64,000 nucleotides of DNA from Crocinitomicaceae bacterium (GTDB lineage Bacteria; Bacteroidota; Bacteroidia; Flavobacteriales_D; Crocinitomicaceae). The notes beneath the pieces were generated by a model that had not been told where the DNA came from, did not search any database, and worked only from the letters and a program-made list of their open reading frames with translations. Where the stretch lies: contig JAHEMJ010000011.1 of NCBI GenBank assembly GCA_024643725.1, positions 69,477 to 133,476 on the forward strand, in the 5' to 3' direction. Below, one piece after another: positions 46,345-56,212 of the stretch (within the stretch, counting starts at the first letter, position 1; every line of letters starts with the position of its first letter). The translations under genes were made by a program, and so were the position numbers.

Positions 46345-48222
46345 ATGAATTTCTTATCCATTGAAAACTTAACCAAATCATACGGCGAGCGAATGATTTT
46401 TGCGGACCTGACATTTGGGATCGACCAAGGTCAAAAAGTAGCCATTGTGGCCAAAAATGGATCGGGAAAAACCACCATGATGCGCTGTATTATGGGCATC
46501 GAACCTGTTGATTCTGGAAAGGTGACTTTTCGCAAGGATATTCGCGTAGCATTCATGGAGCAGACGGAAAACATGCGGGAGGACCAAAGTATTTTGGAGT
46601 CCATTTTCGATCATGATTTACCTGAACTACAATTAATTAAAGCCTACAATATCGCCGTTGCAAAAAACGACGAGGCAAAATTAGAAGAGCTCTATCAGTC
46701 CATAACAGAATTGAATGCTTGGGATACGGAGGTTCGTGTTCAACAAATCCTTTCCGTTTTGAAATTGGAGGACATGGAAAAGCGCATAAGCGAACTTTCA
46801 GGTGGACAAAAGAAGCGTGTAGCATTAGCGAAAGTCTTACTTTCTGATGCAGATTTTTTAATCCTCGATGAGCCGACTAACCACTTGGACCTAGATATGA
46901 TTGAGTGGCTTGAAAATTATTTGTCTTCCTCTAAATCGACCATTTTAATGGTCACTCACGACCGTTATTTCCTCGAAGTTGTTTGTGATACGATCATGGA
47001 ATTGGCGGATCAAACCATTTACCGATATAAAGGAAACTTCTCGTATTATTTGGAGAAAAAAGCGGAACGACAAGAGCAAACGCAATCGACCATTGAGAAA
47101 GCGAAAAATACGTTTCGAAAGGAACTCGATTGGATCCGTCGTCAACCGAAAGCACGTGGAACGAAGCAAAAAGCACGCGTCGACGCCTTTCAAGATGTAA
47201 AGAAAGTTGCATCACAACGTTTGGATGAAGATGAATTAGAGTTACCTGTGAAAATGGAGCGACTTGGATCTAAAATCGTTGAATTCCATAAAGTCAGCAA
47301 GGCTTATCCGAATCGTGTCATCCTGAATGATTTCTCTTACAATGTCCAAAGACAAGAACGACTTGGAATCGTAGGAAACAACGGAACTGGAAAAACCACT
47401 TTCTTGAAAATGTTGGTGGGACAAGAGGAAACGGATAAGGGTAAAATTGTCATTGGTGAAACAGTGGTTTTTGGCTATTATTCGCAAGATTTAATTAAAG
47501 TAAATGATGACTTTAAGGTCATAGATGTCGTGCGTGAAGTTGCTGAATACATTCCTTTGGAGAAAGGCCGTCAACTTTCAGCAGCCCAATTATTGGAACG
47601 ATTTTTATTTCCAAGAGACATGCATTATCAATTCGTGCACAAGTTAAGTGGTGGTGAAAAACGCCGATTGAAATTGTTGCGTGTGTTGATGAGTAATCCC
47701 AATTTCTTGATTCTCGATGAGCCAACGAATGACCTCGACATTTTTGCCATGTCAGTGTTGGAGGAATATTTGCGCCAGTTCCAAGGTTGCTTGATTGTTG
47801 TTTCGCATGACCGATACTTCATGGATAAAATGGTGGACCACTTATTTGTTTTTGAAGGACAAGGTGAATTGAAGGACATTGTTGGAAATTACACAGTTTT
47901 CCGTCAACAACAGTTGGACAAAAAACGTGGGGTAAAACAAACCATCACGAAAGAAGAACCTGAAATCAAGGAAAAAATCATTTCACCATCCATTGTAGAG
48001 ACGAAGAAACGCAAGCTTTCTTTCAAAGAGAAAGAAGAATATGAAACCATTGAGCGACGACTTCCCGAATTAGAAAAAACAAAAGACGAATTAACCGCAA
48101 CCTTATCCAGTGGTTCATTGTCCAACGAGGAATTGATGAAGAACGGAGAGGAATTAGGTAAGGTGGTAGCGGAAATCGATTCATTGACAGAGCGTTGGAT
48201 TGAATTAGCAGAGTTCATCTAG
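46345..48222 (+). CDS. ABC-F family ATPase (two ABC domains, no TM domain)
   Basis: Walker A AKNGSGKTT and GNNGTGKTT, signatures LSGGQKKR and LSGGEKRR, Walker B LILDEPTNHLD and LILDEPTNDLD, coiled-coil C-terminal tail. Confidence 0.9.
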   Translation: MNFLSIENLTKSYGERMIFADLTFGIDQGQKVAIVAKNGSGKTTMMRCIMGIEPVDSGKVTFRKDIRVAFMEQTENMREDQSILESIFDHDLPELQLIKAYNIAVAKNDEAKLEELYQSITELNAWDTEVRVQQILSVLKLEDMEKRISELSGGQKKRVALAKVLLSDADFLILDEPTNHLDLDMIEWLENYLSSSKSTILMVTHDRYFLEVVCDTIMELADQTIYRYKGNFSYYLEKKAERQEQTQSTIEKAKNTFRKELDWIRRQPKARGTKQKARVDAFQDVKKVASQRLDEDELELPVKMERLGSKIVEFHKVSKAYPNRVILNDFSYNVQRQERLGIVGNNGTGKTTFLKMLVGQEETDKGKIVIGETVVFGYYSQDLIKVNDDFKVIDVVREVAEYIPLEKGRQLSAAQLLERFLFPRDMHYQFVHKLSGGEKRRLKLLRVLMSNPNFLILDEPTNDLDIFAMSVLEEYLRQFQGCLIVVSHDRYFMDKMVDHLFVFEGQGELKDIVGNYTVFRQQQLDKKRGVKQTITKEEPEIKEKIISPSIVETKKRKLSFKEKEEYETIERRLPELEKTKDELTATLSSGSLSNEELMKNGEELGKVVAEIDSLTERWIELAEFI

Positions 48223-48301
48223 GCAACTTTTCTGTTCAATAAAACGTCCTTTTTTGCGTTGTTCAAATAAAATGCGCAATTTTAAAAGATAAATTTATTC
48301 T

Positions 48302-50413
48302 ATGTATTTCAGGTTACTCATTGTATTGGCATGTTTGATTTTCGGGTTTAGGTCCGAAGCACAAACCTTGGTATTTGCACAATTAACAGGGTCACCAACG
48401 ATGAGCACGACAGGTTGGAATTTGACAGGTGCTGCACATACCGGTGATACGGGAGGTGATGCGAATGTCGATCCAGATGAATTGATTCTCACAGACAATG
48501 TCGGCAACTCCAGTGGCGCGATATTTTATAATCAAGCCATTGACTTAGGTACTTGCTATCAATGGAACGTTCAATTTGATTTCCGCATGTACGATGGAAA
48601 TAGCGCCGATGGAATTGCATTTTGCTTTTTAGATGTCCCCCCAACTGGATTCGTTTCCGGTGGAGGAGTGGGAATTCCTTCCACAGCAAATGGAATAAAA
48701 GTGGTGTTTGACACGTATAATAATTGTGGAGGAGCAAATCCGGAAATTCAAATCTACAGCGGTCCAGGTTACAATGAGTGCATCGCAGGAATCACCACGC
48801 TAAACAATGTGGGTGGAAATTTAAATTTCTTGAGATCCAGTACTTATAACACTGCTGTCATCAGTTACAATTATGGTGTAGTAACGGTTTCGGTAAACGG
48901 AACACAATATTTGTCAGGAACCTACAATTTGAACTTTGCGGGATACATGGGCTGGACGGCAAGTACCGGTGGGTCAAATGACCGTCACTCCATTCGAAAT
49001 GCCACTATCTACGCGGACATTGCGACCTCTAATGCAGGTCCAGATGTGAGTATTTGCAGTGGACAAACAGCGCAAATTGGAAGCGTAAATAATCCAAATT
49101 ACATTTATTCTTGGACAAGCGCTCCTGGACTGACGCAAACAACCGTTTCAAATCCGACAGTGAATTTGGTGAACGCGGGAAACACGCCACTTTCTCAATC
49201 CTATACGGTCATGACCAATTTGGCTTCAAATCCCAATTCTTGCCCTTCGTTTGATAGTGTGGTTGTTACGGTGAACCCCTTGTTTAACGATACCTTGCCA
49301 GTGAGTATTTGTCAAGGATCATCGTACACCTTGGGAACACAAACATTTAACACGGCCGGATACCATCCTGTGGTTTTCCCAGGTGTATTAGGATGTGATT
49401 CAACTGTTGTCCTGAATTTGACTTTATTACCCAATTTAACGAACAATCAAACGGTGCACATCTGTCAAGGAGCTTCGTATACATTTGCCGGAAATACGCT
49501 TTCCACTGCCGGAACTTACACACAATTGTTGCAGACCGCTTCTGGCTGTGATTCTACGATTAACTTAACCTTGATTGTTGATCCGATTCTCACCTCGAAT
49601 ATTCAAGCGGCTATTTGTCAAGGTGGATCGTATTCTTTCGGAACACAGACTTTGACAACTGCTGGAAATTATAGCCGAACCATTCAAACGCAGGCGGGCT
49701 GTGATTCCATTATCAATTTGACCTTGACAGTGAATCCGGTATTGGCATCGAGTAGTTCGATGACGTTTTGTCAAGGACAAAGCACCTTATTTTTTGGACA
49801 AACGCTAACAAACACTGGAGTATATACGCACACCTTACAAACAGTTGCTGGTTGTGACTCAGTTGTTACCTTGAATTTGACCGTTTATCCAATTCCAGCA
49901 AGTCCTATTCTATCTGGTAATAGTCCTGTTGAGTGTCCGGGTGATGTTGTGACACTGCATATCGAACCGGTTGCGAATGCTGTTTACAATTGGTCAGGTC
50001 CGCAAAATTTTTACTCAGTTGAACCAAATGTTTATTTCCCTGTTCAAATTGGCCAAATGGGTAATTATAGCGCAACGATTTCCATCAATGGTTGTGTATC
50101 TAGTCCTTCCAGTATTCCTGTATCGATCGTCAATATATATGATTATAACGATTTTGATTTTCCAAATGTCATTACGCCAAATGGCGATGGCAACAATGAC
50201 GAATTGGACATCGAAGCGATGTTTAAATCCTGTCAAGAATACCAATTAAAGGTATTTAACCGCTGGGGAAATTTGATTTATGCTGGAAAGCGATTTGATG
50301 CACCTTTCAATGGCAAAGACATGAGTGGATCCATCTTACCGGATGGAGTTTATTTCTATCTATTGGAATTTGATCAAAAATCGAAAAGTGGATTTATCCA
50401 CCTTATTCGTTAA
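48302..50413 (+). CDS. Secreted L-type (legume-like) lectin domain protein with Cys-containing tandem modules and T9SS type B C-terminal sorting domain
   Basis: Signal peptide. Lectin block SSGAIFYNQAIDL...FRMYDGNSADGIAFCFLD...GIKVVFDTYNN. Four 51-aa repeats. C-terminal FPNVITPNGDGNNDELDI...VFNRWGNLIY...DGVYFYLLEF...GFIHLIR. Confidence 0.8.
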   Translation: MYFRLLIVLACLIFGFRSEAQTLVFAQLTGSPTMSTTGWNLTGAAHTGDTGGDANVDPDELILTDNVGNSSGAIFYNQAIDLGTCYQWNVQFDFRMYDGNSADGIAFCFLDVPPTGFVSGGGVGIPSTANGIKVVFDTYNNCGGANPEIQIYSGPGYNECIAGITTLNNVGGNLNFLRSSTYNTAVISYNYGVVTVSVNGTQYLSGTYNLNFAGYMGWTASTGGSNDRHSIRNATIYADIATSNAGPDVSICSGQTAQIGSVNNPNYIYSWTSAPGLTQTTVSNPTVNLVNAGNTPLSQSYTVMTNLASNPNSCPSFDSVVVTVNPLFNDTLPVSICQGSSYTLGTQTFNTAGYHPVVFPGVLGCDSTVVLNLTLLPNLTNNQTVHICQGASYTFAGNTLSTAGTYTQLLQTASGCDSTINLTLIVDPILTSNIQAAICQGGSYSFGTQTLTTAGNYSRTIQTQAGCDSIINLTLTVNPVLASSSSMTFCQGQSTLFFGQTLTNTGVYTHTLQTVAGCDSVVTLNLTVYPIPASPILSGNSPVECPGDVVTLHIEPVANAVYNWSGPQNFYSVEPNVYFPVQIGQMGNYSATISINGCVSSPSSIPVSIVNIYDYNDFDFPNVITPNGDGNNDELDIEAMFKSCQEYQLKVFNRWGNLIYAGKRFDAPFNGKDMSGSILPDGVYFYLLEFDQKSKSGFIHLIR
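49301..49912 (+). repeat. Four exact-period 153-bp (51-aa) intragenic tandem repeats
   Basis: The TGT of the ICQG motif recurs at 49310, 49463, 49616 and 49769 (153-nt spacing each). Unit consensus: .ICQG.SY.F...L...G.Y........GCDS...LNLT..P. Confidence 0.75.
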
Positions 50414-51600
50414 TTTAATATGCGCGATTCTTTGCCAAATTGTTTGTAGGAAACAATCACTGCAATCGTAGCTAAGACAAGCATTACACCCAAGCTGATC
50501 GCGTAATACCCAACGGACAAAGTTCCAGAAATCAGTTCTTTCGTTGAGAGGACGATGTTTACCACAGGAATAGCTGCTGTCAGGGCATTTAATTCGATGC
50601 CTGGAAAGAATCCAATCATCGCGGGAAGAACCATGACAAAATTCAACGGAGTGATGATGCTTTGCGCTTCTTTGAAGGACTTTGCATAAACAGCAATGGG
50701 AATCATGACCCCTGCAAAGAATACTACGAGCGGCAATAACAAGCTGAACATGGAAAGGATAAACATAGGTGTGAGGATGCCATGGACGATGTCTAAAATC
50801 TCTTTGTTATGGACGATGTCCAGAAATTCGATGGAAACAAACAATCCGAGCAAAGCACAACTTGCTGCTAGCATACCGGAAGTAACGATCACCAACATTT
50901 TTCCCACTAAAATTTGCCATCTGGAAACTGGAGTGGTTAACAAGGTTTCGATGGTGCCGCGTTCTTTTTCGCCGGTAAATAAATCAATGGCTGGATACAT
51001 GCATCCGATGAAACCAAAAGCGATAAAAATGTAAGGCAGCATTCCTCCTGCCAATTGTCCAATCATCTTTTTATCACTTGCACAATTTTGGTAAATTGGA
51101 ACGAGTGGATGTAGTTCCTCTGCTTTCAACCCAAGTTCTTTTAAACGTACTGATTCTGCTATATTGGAAAGGTGATTCATATAAGATTCAGCACGTTCTT
51201 GGCGGCCTATTTCGGAAGCATCAAACAACCATGTCAGTGCAACTGGTTTTTTTTCCCGAGCCAATTCAGGCTCATTTTTAGGAACAATTAGTCCAAGTTG
51301 GATGTCTCCTTTTTCTAGCGCTGTTTTTAAACGAGAAGAATCTTCATAGTATTCCAATTCCTTTTTTCCAAGTCCTGCAGGCATTTGCTCGAGTTGATTC
51401 CAATACTTTGCACCGCGATCTCCCCAAACGCCAATTTTCAGTTTTTCTTCGCTGGCTTTTTTCTCGAAGGAGGAGGAGACATTGACAAAAAGCGTTAGCG
51501 TAATAGGAAAAACCAAAAGTGGAATCAGCAACATCGTTCGCATGGTGCGTTTGTCCCTTAAAGTATCAATCAGTTCTTTTTTGAATATGGTAAAAATCAT
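50410..51600 (-). CDS. ABC-2 type transporter permease (NatB-like)
   Basis: MIFTIFKKELIDTLRDKRT N-terminus, large first periplasmic loop, five C-terminal TM helices. ATG 51600 preferred over TTG 51624. Confidence 0.75.
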   Translation of the reverse strand: MIFTIFKKELIDTLRDKRTMRTMLLIPLLVFPITLTLFVNVSSSFEKKASEEKLKIGVWGDRGAKYWNQLEQMPAGLGKKELEYYEDSSRLKTALEKGDIQLGLIVPKNEPELAREKKPVALTWLFDASEIGRQERAESYMNHLSNIAESVRLKELGLKAEELHPLVPIYQNCASDKKMIGQLAGGMLPYIFIAFGFIGCMYPAIDLFTGEKERGTIETLLTTPVSRWQILVGKMLVIVTSGMLAASCALLGLFVSIEFLDIVHNKEILDIVHGILTPMFILSMFSLLLPLVVFFAGVMIPIAVYAKSFKEAQSIITPLNFVMVLPAMIGFFPGIELNALTAAIPVVNIVLSTKELISGTLSVGYYAISLGVMLVLATIAVIVSYKQFGKESRILN

Positions 51601-51610
51601 GTGGATTGAA

Positions 51611-52369
51611 TTAACGTTGAACAATGCGGATGAACTCTTCTGTTAAATTGGATGCTTCCATGTGTTGACGGAAATCGGTCATACTTCCTTGGTATTTCAG
51701 GGATCCTTTGTGAATGATGGCTAAATCATCACATAACAAATCGACTTCACTCATGATGTGACTGGAAAATATGACGGTTTTACCTTGTTCCTTGCAATCA
51801 CGGATGAGTTTAATGATGTTTTCTGCAGTGATGACATCGAGTCCGCTCGTTGGTTCATCAAAAATCACCACATCTGGATTGTGGATCATCGTTCGACAAA
51901 TCGAGACTTTTTGCTTCATCCCCGTACTCAATTTTCCGATGCGTTTTTGCAGGAAATCCTCCATGTTTAAGAGCTGAAATAAGTATTTTTTTCGTTCTTC
52001 ACGTGCTTTTGTTGGCACCTGATATAAGTCCGCGAAATAGTCGATGATTTCAATGGGAGTAAGCCTAGCGTAAAGACCAGTAGATCCGGTCAAAAAGCCA
52101 ATTTTCTTTCTCGCTTCTTGTGGATATTTCACGGCGTCAATCCCAGCGATTTCAATCGATCCAGCACTTGGTGTCAGAATGGTTGAAAGCATGCGGAGCG
52201 TAGTTGTTTTCCCCGCGCCATTTGGACCAAGCAAAGAATAGACTTTTCCAGGATGACATTCGAAGGAGATGTCGTTGACGGCTAACGCTTTTTTATCAGC
52301 GGTATTTAGTTCTTTTTGCTGTTGTCTGCTGAGGTCAAATTCCTTGCGCAGGTGGGATACTTTAATCAT
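51611..52369 (-). CDS. ABC transporter ATP-binding protein (NatA-like)
   Basis: Walker A GPNGAGKTT, signature LSTGMKQK, Walker B VVIFDEPTSGLD, H-loop SSHIM. ATG 52369 (MIKVSHLRKEF) preferred over TTG 52402. Confidence 0.85.
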   Translation of the reverse strand: MIKVSHLRKEFDLSRQQQKELNTADKKALAVNDISFECHPGKVYSLLGPNGAGKTTTLRMLSTILTPSAGSIEIAGIDAVKYPQEARKKIGFLTGSTGLYARLTPIEIIDYFADLYQVPTKAREERKKYLFQLLNMEDFLQKRIGKLSTGMKQKVSICRTMIHNPDVVIFDEPTSGLDVITAENIIKLIRDCKEQGKTVIFSSHIMSEVDLLCDDLAIIHKGSLKYQGSMTDFRQHMEASNLTEEFIRIVQR

Positions 52370-52412
52370 GGTGCGTGAATTACGATATGGAGACGCTCCC
52401 AATCACAAAATG

Positions 52413-53486
52413 TTACTTGAGAATGCGTTCTTCCTTTTGAATGGCTTTGTTTTTGTTGGCGAGTTGTCCGCAGGCTGCATCGATGTCTTTTCCGCGACTG
52501 CGACGTACATTGACAATGAGGTTTTTCGATTCTAAAAATGCGGCAAACGCATCGACTTTTCGGGCATCCGCTTGTTGGAATTCCCCATTTTCAATCGGAT
52601 TATACTCGATGATATTGATTTTACATGGGACACATTTCGCAAAATGAGCCAATTCACGTGCATCTTCGATTTCGTCATTGAAATCTTTGAAAATGATGTA
52701 TTCAAAAGTCACCCGAGAACCTGTTTTTTCGTGGAAATAAACCAAGGCATCTGTCAATTCTTCCAAGTTATTGGATTCATTGATTTCCATGATTTTATCC
52801 CGCTTTTTATCGTTTGCGGCATGAAGAGATAGTGCCAGATTAAACTTCACGTCATCATCTCCCAATTTGCGGATCATCTTGGCAATTCCAGCGGTGGAAA
52901 CAGTGATGCGTTTTGGAGAAATACCGAGTCCATCTTCACTGCATAGTCGGTCAATGGAATGTAAGACATTTTTGTAGTTTAACAAAGGCTCACCCATGCC
53001 CATGTAGACAATGTTCGTGAGGTTTTGTCCGTAACGTTCTTCCGCCTGATTTTTCAAGTAAACGACCTGATCAACGATTTCTCCAGCACTTAAATTGCGG
53101 AGTAACTTGAGTCGTCCAGTCGCACAAAACGTACAAGACAAACTACAGCCCACTTGCGATGAAATACAAGCGGTCATTCGGGAAGTTGTCGGAATGAGGA
53201 CACCTTCTACCACTTTTCCTTCCTCAATCGTAAAGGCGCATTTGATGGTTTTGTCCTTGCTGATTTGCTGATCTTGCAATTGAATGTGATCGATGTAGAA
53301 ATGCATTTGAAGTAATTCACGGAGATCTTTACTCAAGTTGGTCATTTCATCGAAGGAAGCGGCATTTTTTTTCCACAACCATTCATACACTTGTTTGGCG
53401 CGAAACGACTTTTCATTTCGTGAAACAAATGCTTCTTGAAGTTCCTTCAAGGATAAATTCCGAATATTGCTCAGTCCTTGAGGCAT
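52413..53486 (-). CDS. rlmN: 23S rRNA/tRNA (adenine-C2)-methyltransferase RlmN, radical SAM
   Basis: FRAKQVYEWLW, radical SAM cluster SSQVGCSLSCTFCATG, MGMGEPLLN, STAG, IEYN, DIDAACGQL. Confidence 0.9.
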   Translation of the reverse strand: MPQGLSNIRNLSLKELQEAFVSRNEKSFRAKQVYEWLWKKNAASFDEMTNLSKDLRELLQMHFYIDHIQLQDQQISKDKTIKCAFTIEEGKVVEGVLIPTTSRMTACISSQVGCSLSCTFCATGRLKLLRNLSAGEIVDQVVYLKNQAEERYGQNLTNIVYMGMGEPLLNYKNVLHSIDRLCSEDGLGISPKRITVSTAGIAKMIRKLGDDDVKFNLALSLHAANDKKRDKIMEINESNNLEELTDALVYFHEKTGSRVTFEYIIFKDFNDEIEDARELAHFAKCVPCKINIIEYNPIENGEFQQADARKVDAFAAFLESKNLIVNVRRSRGKDIDAACGQLANKNKAIQKEERILK

Positions 53487-53506
53487 CAGTATGGGGAGGT
53501 GAAAAA

Positions 53507-54631
53507 TTAGCGATTCAACATCACAGGCATCACGAGCATCAAAATGTCTTCGTGTTCGTTTGCCGGAACAGATGGTGTTAAAATTCCTGCACGGCTCGGC
53601 TCACTCATCGAAAGTTTGATTTCGTCTGAATCTAAGTTGTTCAACATTTCCATTAAGAAACGTGAATTGAATCCGATTTCTAAATCGTCGCCGTCGTAGT
53701 TACACGTCAAACGCTCACTTGCCTCATTGGCAAAGTCGATGTCCTCCGCAAACAACGAAAGTTCAGAACCAGCTAATTTCAATTTAATTTGATGCGTGGT
53801 TTTATTCGAGAAAATAGAAACGCGTTTGATGGAAGAAAGCAACTGAGCGCGATCAATCGTGAGTACGTTTGGATTTTCTTTCGGGATAACTGCTTCGTAG
53901 TTTGGATATTTTCCATCGATCAAGCGACAAACCAAGATTAAGTCGTTGAAGGTAAATACCGCGTTGGATTCGTTGTATTCCAATAGTACTTCTTCATCGC
54001 CACGAAGGTTTGATTTCAACATGTTCAATGGTTTCTTCGGCAAAATGAAAGCAGAACTTCCACTTGCTTCGGCATCTGTCCTTCTGAAACGAACTAATTT
54101 GTGTGCGTCGGTTGCTACGAAGGTGATTTCGCTCGCAGAGAACTGACAGAAAACACCACTCATCACTGGACGAAGGTCGTCGTTTCCAGAAGCGAATAAT
54201 GTTTTGTTGATGGCACGGGATAAAATGTCTCCCGATAATTTGATGGCACTTTTCCCAGCCAATTCTGGCACTTTCGGGAATTCATCCCCGTTAAAACCAA
54301 CCATGCGAGATTTACCATTATCGTAAACGATTTCAATTTGGTAATTCGCAGGATTCACCTTGAACGTACATGGTTGATCTGGCAAGTTTTTCAAGACATC
54401 CAACAACAATTTCGCTGGAATGGCAATTTTACCATCTTCTTCGGATTGTACTTCCATTTTCGTCACCATGGTTGTTTCCAAATCAGAAGCAGATGCCGTT
54501 AATTGACCATTGGTAATTTCAAAAAGAAAGTTATCCAAAATAGGCAAGGTATTGCTTGTATTCAGAACTCCTGAAATACTTTGAAGGTGTTTTAAAAGGC
54601 TTGTGCTTGAAGCAATGAAATTCATACTCAT
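53507..54631 (-). CDS. dnaN: DNA polymerase III beta sliding clamp
   Basis: MNFIASSTSLLKHLQSISGV...LPILDNFLFE, ATDAHKLV, LIDGKYPNYEAVIP, MPVMLN C-terminus. Start ATG 54631 or 54625 (the track used TTG 54634). Confidence 0.9.
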   Translation of the reverse strand: MSMNFIASSTSLLKHLQSISGVLNTSNTLPILDNFLFEITNGQLTASASDLETTMVTKMEVQSEEDGKIAIPAKLLLDVLKNLPDQPCTFKVNPANYQIEIVYDNGKSRMVGFNGDEFPKVPELAGKSAIKLSGDILSRAINKTLFASGNDDLRPVMSGVFCQFSASEITFVATDAHKLVRFRRTDAEASGSSAFILPKKPLNMLKSNLRGDEEVLLEYNESNAVFTFNDLILVCRLIDGKYPNYEAVIPKENPNVLTIDRAQLLSSIKRVSIFSNKTTHQIKLKLAGSELSLFAEDIDFANEASERLTCNYDGDDLEIGFNSRFLMEMLNNLDSDEIKLSMSEPSRAGILTPSVPANEHEDILMLVMPVMLNR

Positions 54632-54642
54632 CAATTTAGATA

Positions 54643-54650
54643 CAAATTTA
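54643..54650 (-). promoter_or_regulatory. Sigma-A -7 box (TAnnTTTG)
   Basis: Minus strand TAAATTTG, 11 nt upstream of ATG 54631. Confidence 0.4.
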
Positions 54651-54707
54651 ATAAATCAACTGAGAATAAACACATGTCGGCTGATGAAAACATGTTCTTT
54701 GGGTGAT

Positions 54708-55223
54708 TTATTTTCGGCGGATAGATTCATAAGCTGAAACGAAGGCTGCAGGGTCATCTGGCGTAATCACAATGGTTTTGCCATTGCTGCGTTCAATCAC
54801 CACAAAGCGATCACGACGCGTCGCAAACCAAATCATATTGCCGTAGGTGCTATTTCGAAATAGACCGAAGTATCCAAAAAGTCCACCAACACCAAAAGTC
54901 CGTATGGATCCTTTTAAGTTTTTCTTTTCTACTGCTGTAACGGAAATAATGTCCGAAATTTGAAACTGTTTCGCTTTGAATGGACGCCATACCGTAAATT
55001 GTCCATCTTCCAGGGCATAGCCTTTCGGACTAAAGCCGTATGTGAACAGAAGAATCACGATGATAGCAAAGGGCATCACATAAAAGGGACCCGGTGAAAC
55101 GACGTTTGAAAATTGAAATTCACTGGTGAAAATGGGAACAAATCCTGATAATACCAAGATAATGGTGACAACAATGGTAAGCACTTTGGTTAAGTTGTCC
55201 ATAGAAGCTTTGTGTGTAATCAT
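54708..55223 (-). CDS. Membrane protein with bacterial PH-like (bPH) C-terminal domain
   Basis: Two N-terminal TM helices, then a ~100-aa beta-rich domain (YALEDGQFTVWRPFKAKQFQISDI...RFVVIERSNGKTIVITPDDP) resembling membrane-anchored bacterial PH domains. Tentative. Confidence 0.45.
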   Translation of the reverse strand: MITHKASMDNLTKVLTIVVTIILVLSGFVPIFTSEFQFSNVVSPGPFYVMPFAIIVILLFTYGFSPKGYALEDGQFTVWRPFKAKQFQISDIISVTAVEKKNLKGSIRTFGVGGLFGYFGLFRNSTYGNMIWFATRRDRFVVIERSNGKTIVITPDDPAAFVSAYESIRRK

Positions 55224-55549
55224 GGCGCGCTAAATTGAGTTCGTAAATATACTTTTAATGCTTCCCGCATCAAAATCACTTCGCTTAATTCACTGTGAAA
55301 AGTGTCTTTTCTTGAAATAGAAAGGAACAAGGATTCCGGAATGTCAATCAGGTAGATTAATTGTTGTAGTTCGGTACTTGAAACCTTTGAAAGACATGTT
55401 TCAATGGCGAATAATAGGTTGTTTAGATCAGTGGTGTTCAAGGTTAATCCACAACGCTGAAAATCCTTTTCCAATTGGGCTAAGGTATCTGCACGGAAGG
55501 ATTGATCCATGAGTGCTTGTTTGACTTGTTCTTGCAGTTCCTGTGCCAT
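55220..55549 (-). CDS. Hypothetical small helical protein
   Basis: 109-aa ORF with no recognisable motif. ATGA overlap with the downstream PH-domain gene supports expression as an operon. Confidence 0.45.
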   Translation of the reverse strand: MAQELQEQVKQALMDQSFRADTLAQLEKDFQRCGLTLNTTDLNNLLFAIETCLSKVSSTELQQLIYLIDIPESLFLSISRKDTFHSELSEVILMREALKVYLRTQFSAP

Positions 55550-55565
55550 GCTGAGGAAAAAAAAT

Positions 55566-55573
55566 TAGTTTTG
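55566..55573 (+). promoter_or_regulatory. Sigma-A -7 box (TAnnTTTG)
   Basis: TAGTTTTG, 20 nt upstream of ATG 55594. Confidence 0.45.
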
Positions 55574-55593
55574 TACCAAATGTGAAGTTACGC

Positions 55594-56184
55594 ATGAAAA
55601 GATTATTCGACATCATTTTTGCCATCATTGTTTTGATTTGTTTTTTGCCGATTGGCATTTTCCTCTCTTTATGGATTCTTTTCGAATCTCCAGGTGGAAT
55701 ATTTTTTGCACAAAATCGAGTAGGGCGGAATGGGGTTACTTTTCGCTTATTGAAATTTCGAAGCATGTATGTCGATGCAGAATCGTTGGGGAGAATTACT
55801 GTTGGTGCACGTGATGCACGCATTACCAAAGTTGGATACTATTTACGCAAATACAAATTGGATGAATTCCCGCAATTCATCAATGTGCTTAAAGGCGAAA
55901 TGAGCATTGTTGGACCGCGTCCAGAAGTACAAGAATACGTGGATTTATACACGGAAGATCAGCGTAAAATATTACAAGTTAAACCGGGAATCACCGATTT
56001 GGCTTCCTTGGCTTATTTTCATGAAAATGAGCTTTTGGCGAAATCTGAAAATCCACAACAAACCTATATTAATGAGGTGTTGCCGGAAAAGATTAGGTTG
56101 AATGAAAAATATTTAGCCAATCCATCGCTGAGTCAAGACCTTGTCATTATCTGTAAAACATTTGCAAAAATCTTTCGCGCTTAA
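55594..56184 (+). CDS. Small monotopic phosphoglycosyl (sugar) transferase, PglC/WbaP C-terminal type
   Basis: MKRLFDIIFAIIVLICFLPI, QNRVGRNGVTFRLLKFRSM, DEFPQFINVLKGEMSIVGPRP, KPGITDLASL. ATG 55594 preferred over GTG 55582. Confidence 0.85.
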   Translation: MKRLFDIIFAIIVLICFLPIGIFLSLWILFESPGGIFFAQNRVGRNGVTFRLLKFRSMYVDAESLGRITVGARDARITKVGYYLRKYKLDEFPQFINVLKGEMSIVGPRPEVQEYVDLYTEDQRKILQVKPGITDLASLAYFHENELLAKSENPQQTYINEVLPEKIRLNEKYLANPSLSQDLVIICKTFAKIFRA

Positions 56185-56204
56185 TTTCCTGAGAAAATCA
56201 TTGT

Positions 56205-56212
56205 TACATTTG
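56205..56212 (+). promoter_or_regulatory. Sigma-A -7 box (TAnnTTTG) of the ars operon
   Basis: TACATTTG, 41 nt upstream of the arsR ATG 56254; directly abuts the dyad-rich region. Confidence 0.5.

Noticed and set aside
53487-54707. Possible replication origin next to dnaN
   Set aside because: No dnaA gene and no cluster of TTATCCACA-like boxes in the flanking gaps (20 bp and 73 bp). Isolated near-matches (for example TTATCCACC near 1775 and 50393) are intragenic and scattered.
55428-55829. 133-aa minus-strand ORF spanning the divergent promoter region and the 5' end of the sugar transferase gene
   Set aside because: It overlaps two better-supported genes and the intergenic promoter. It is out of frame with the 109-aa ORF and has no recognisable features.
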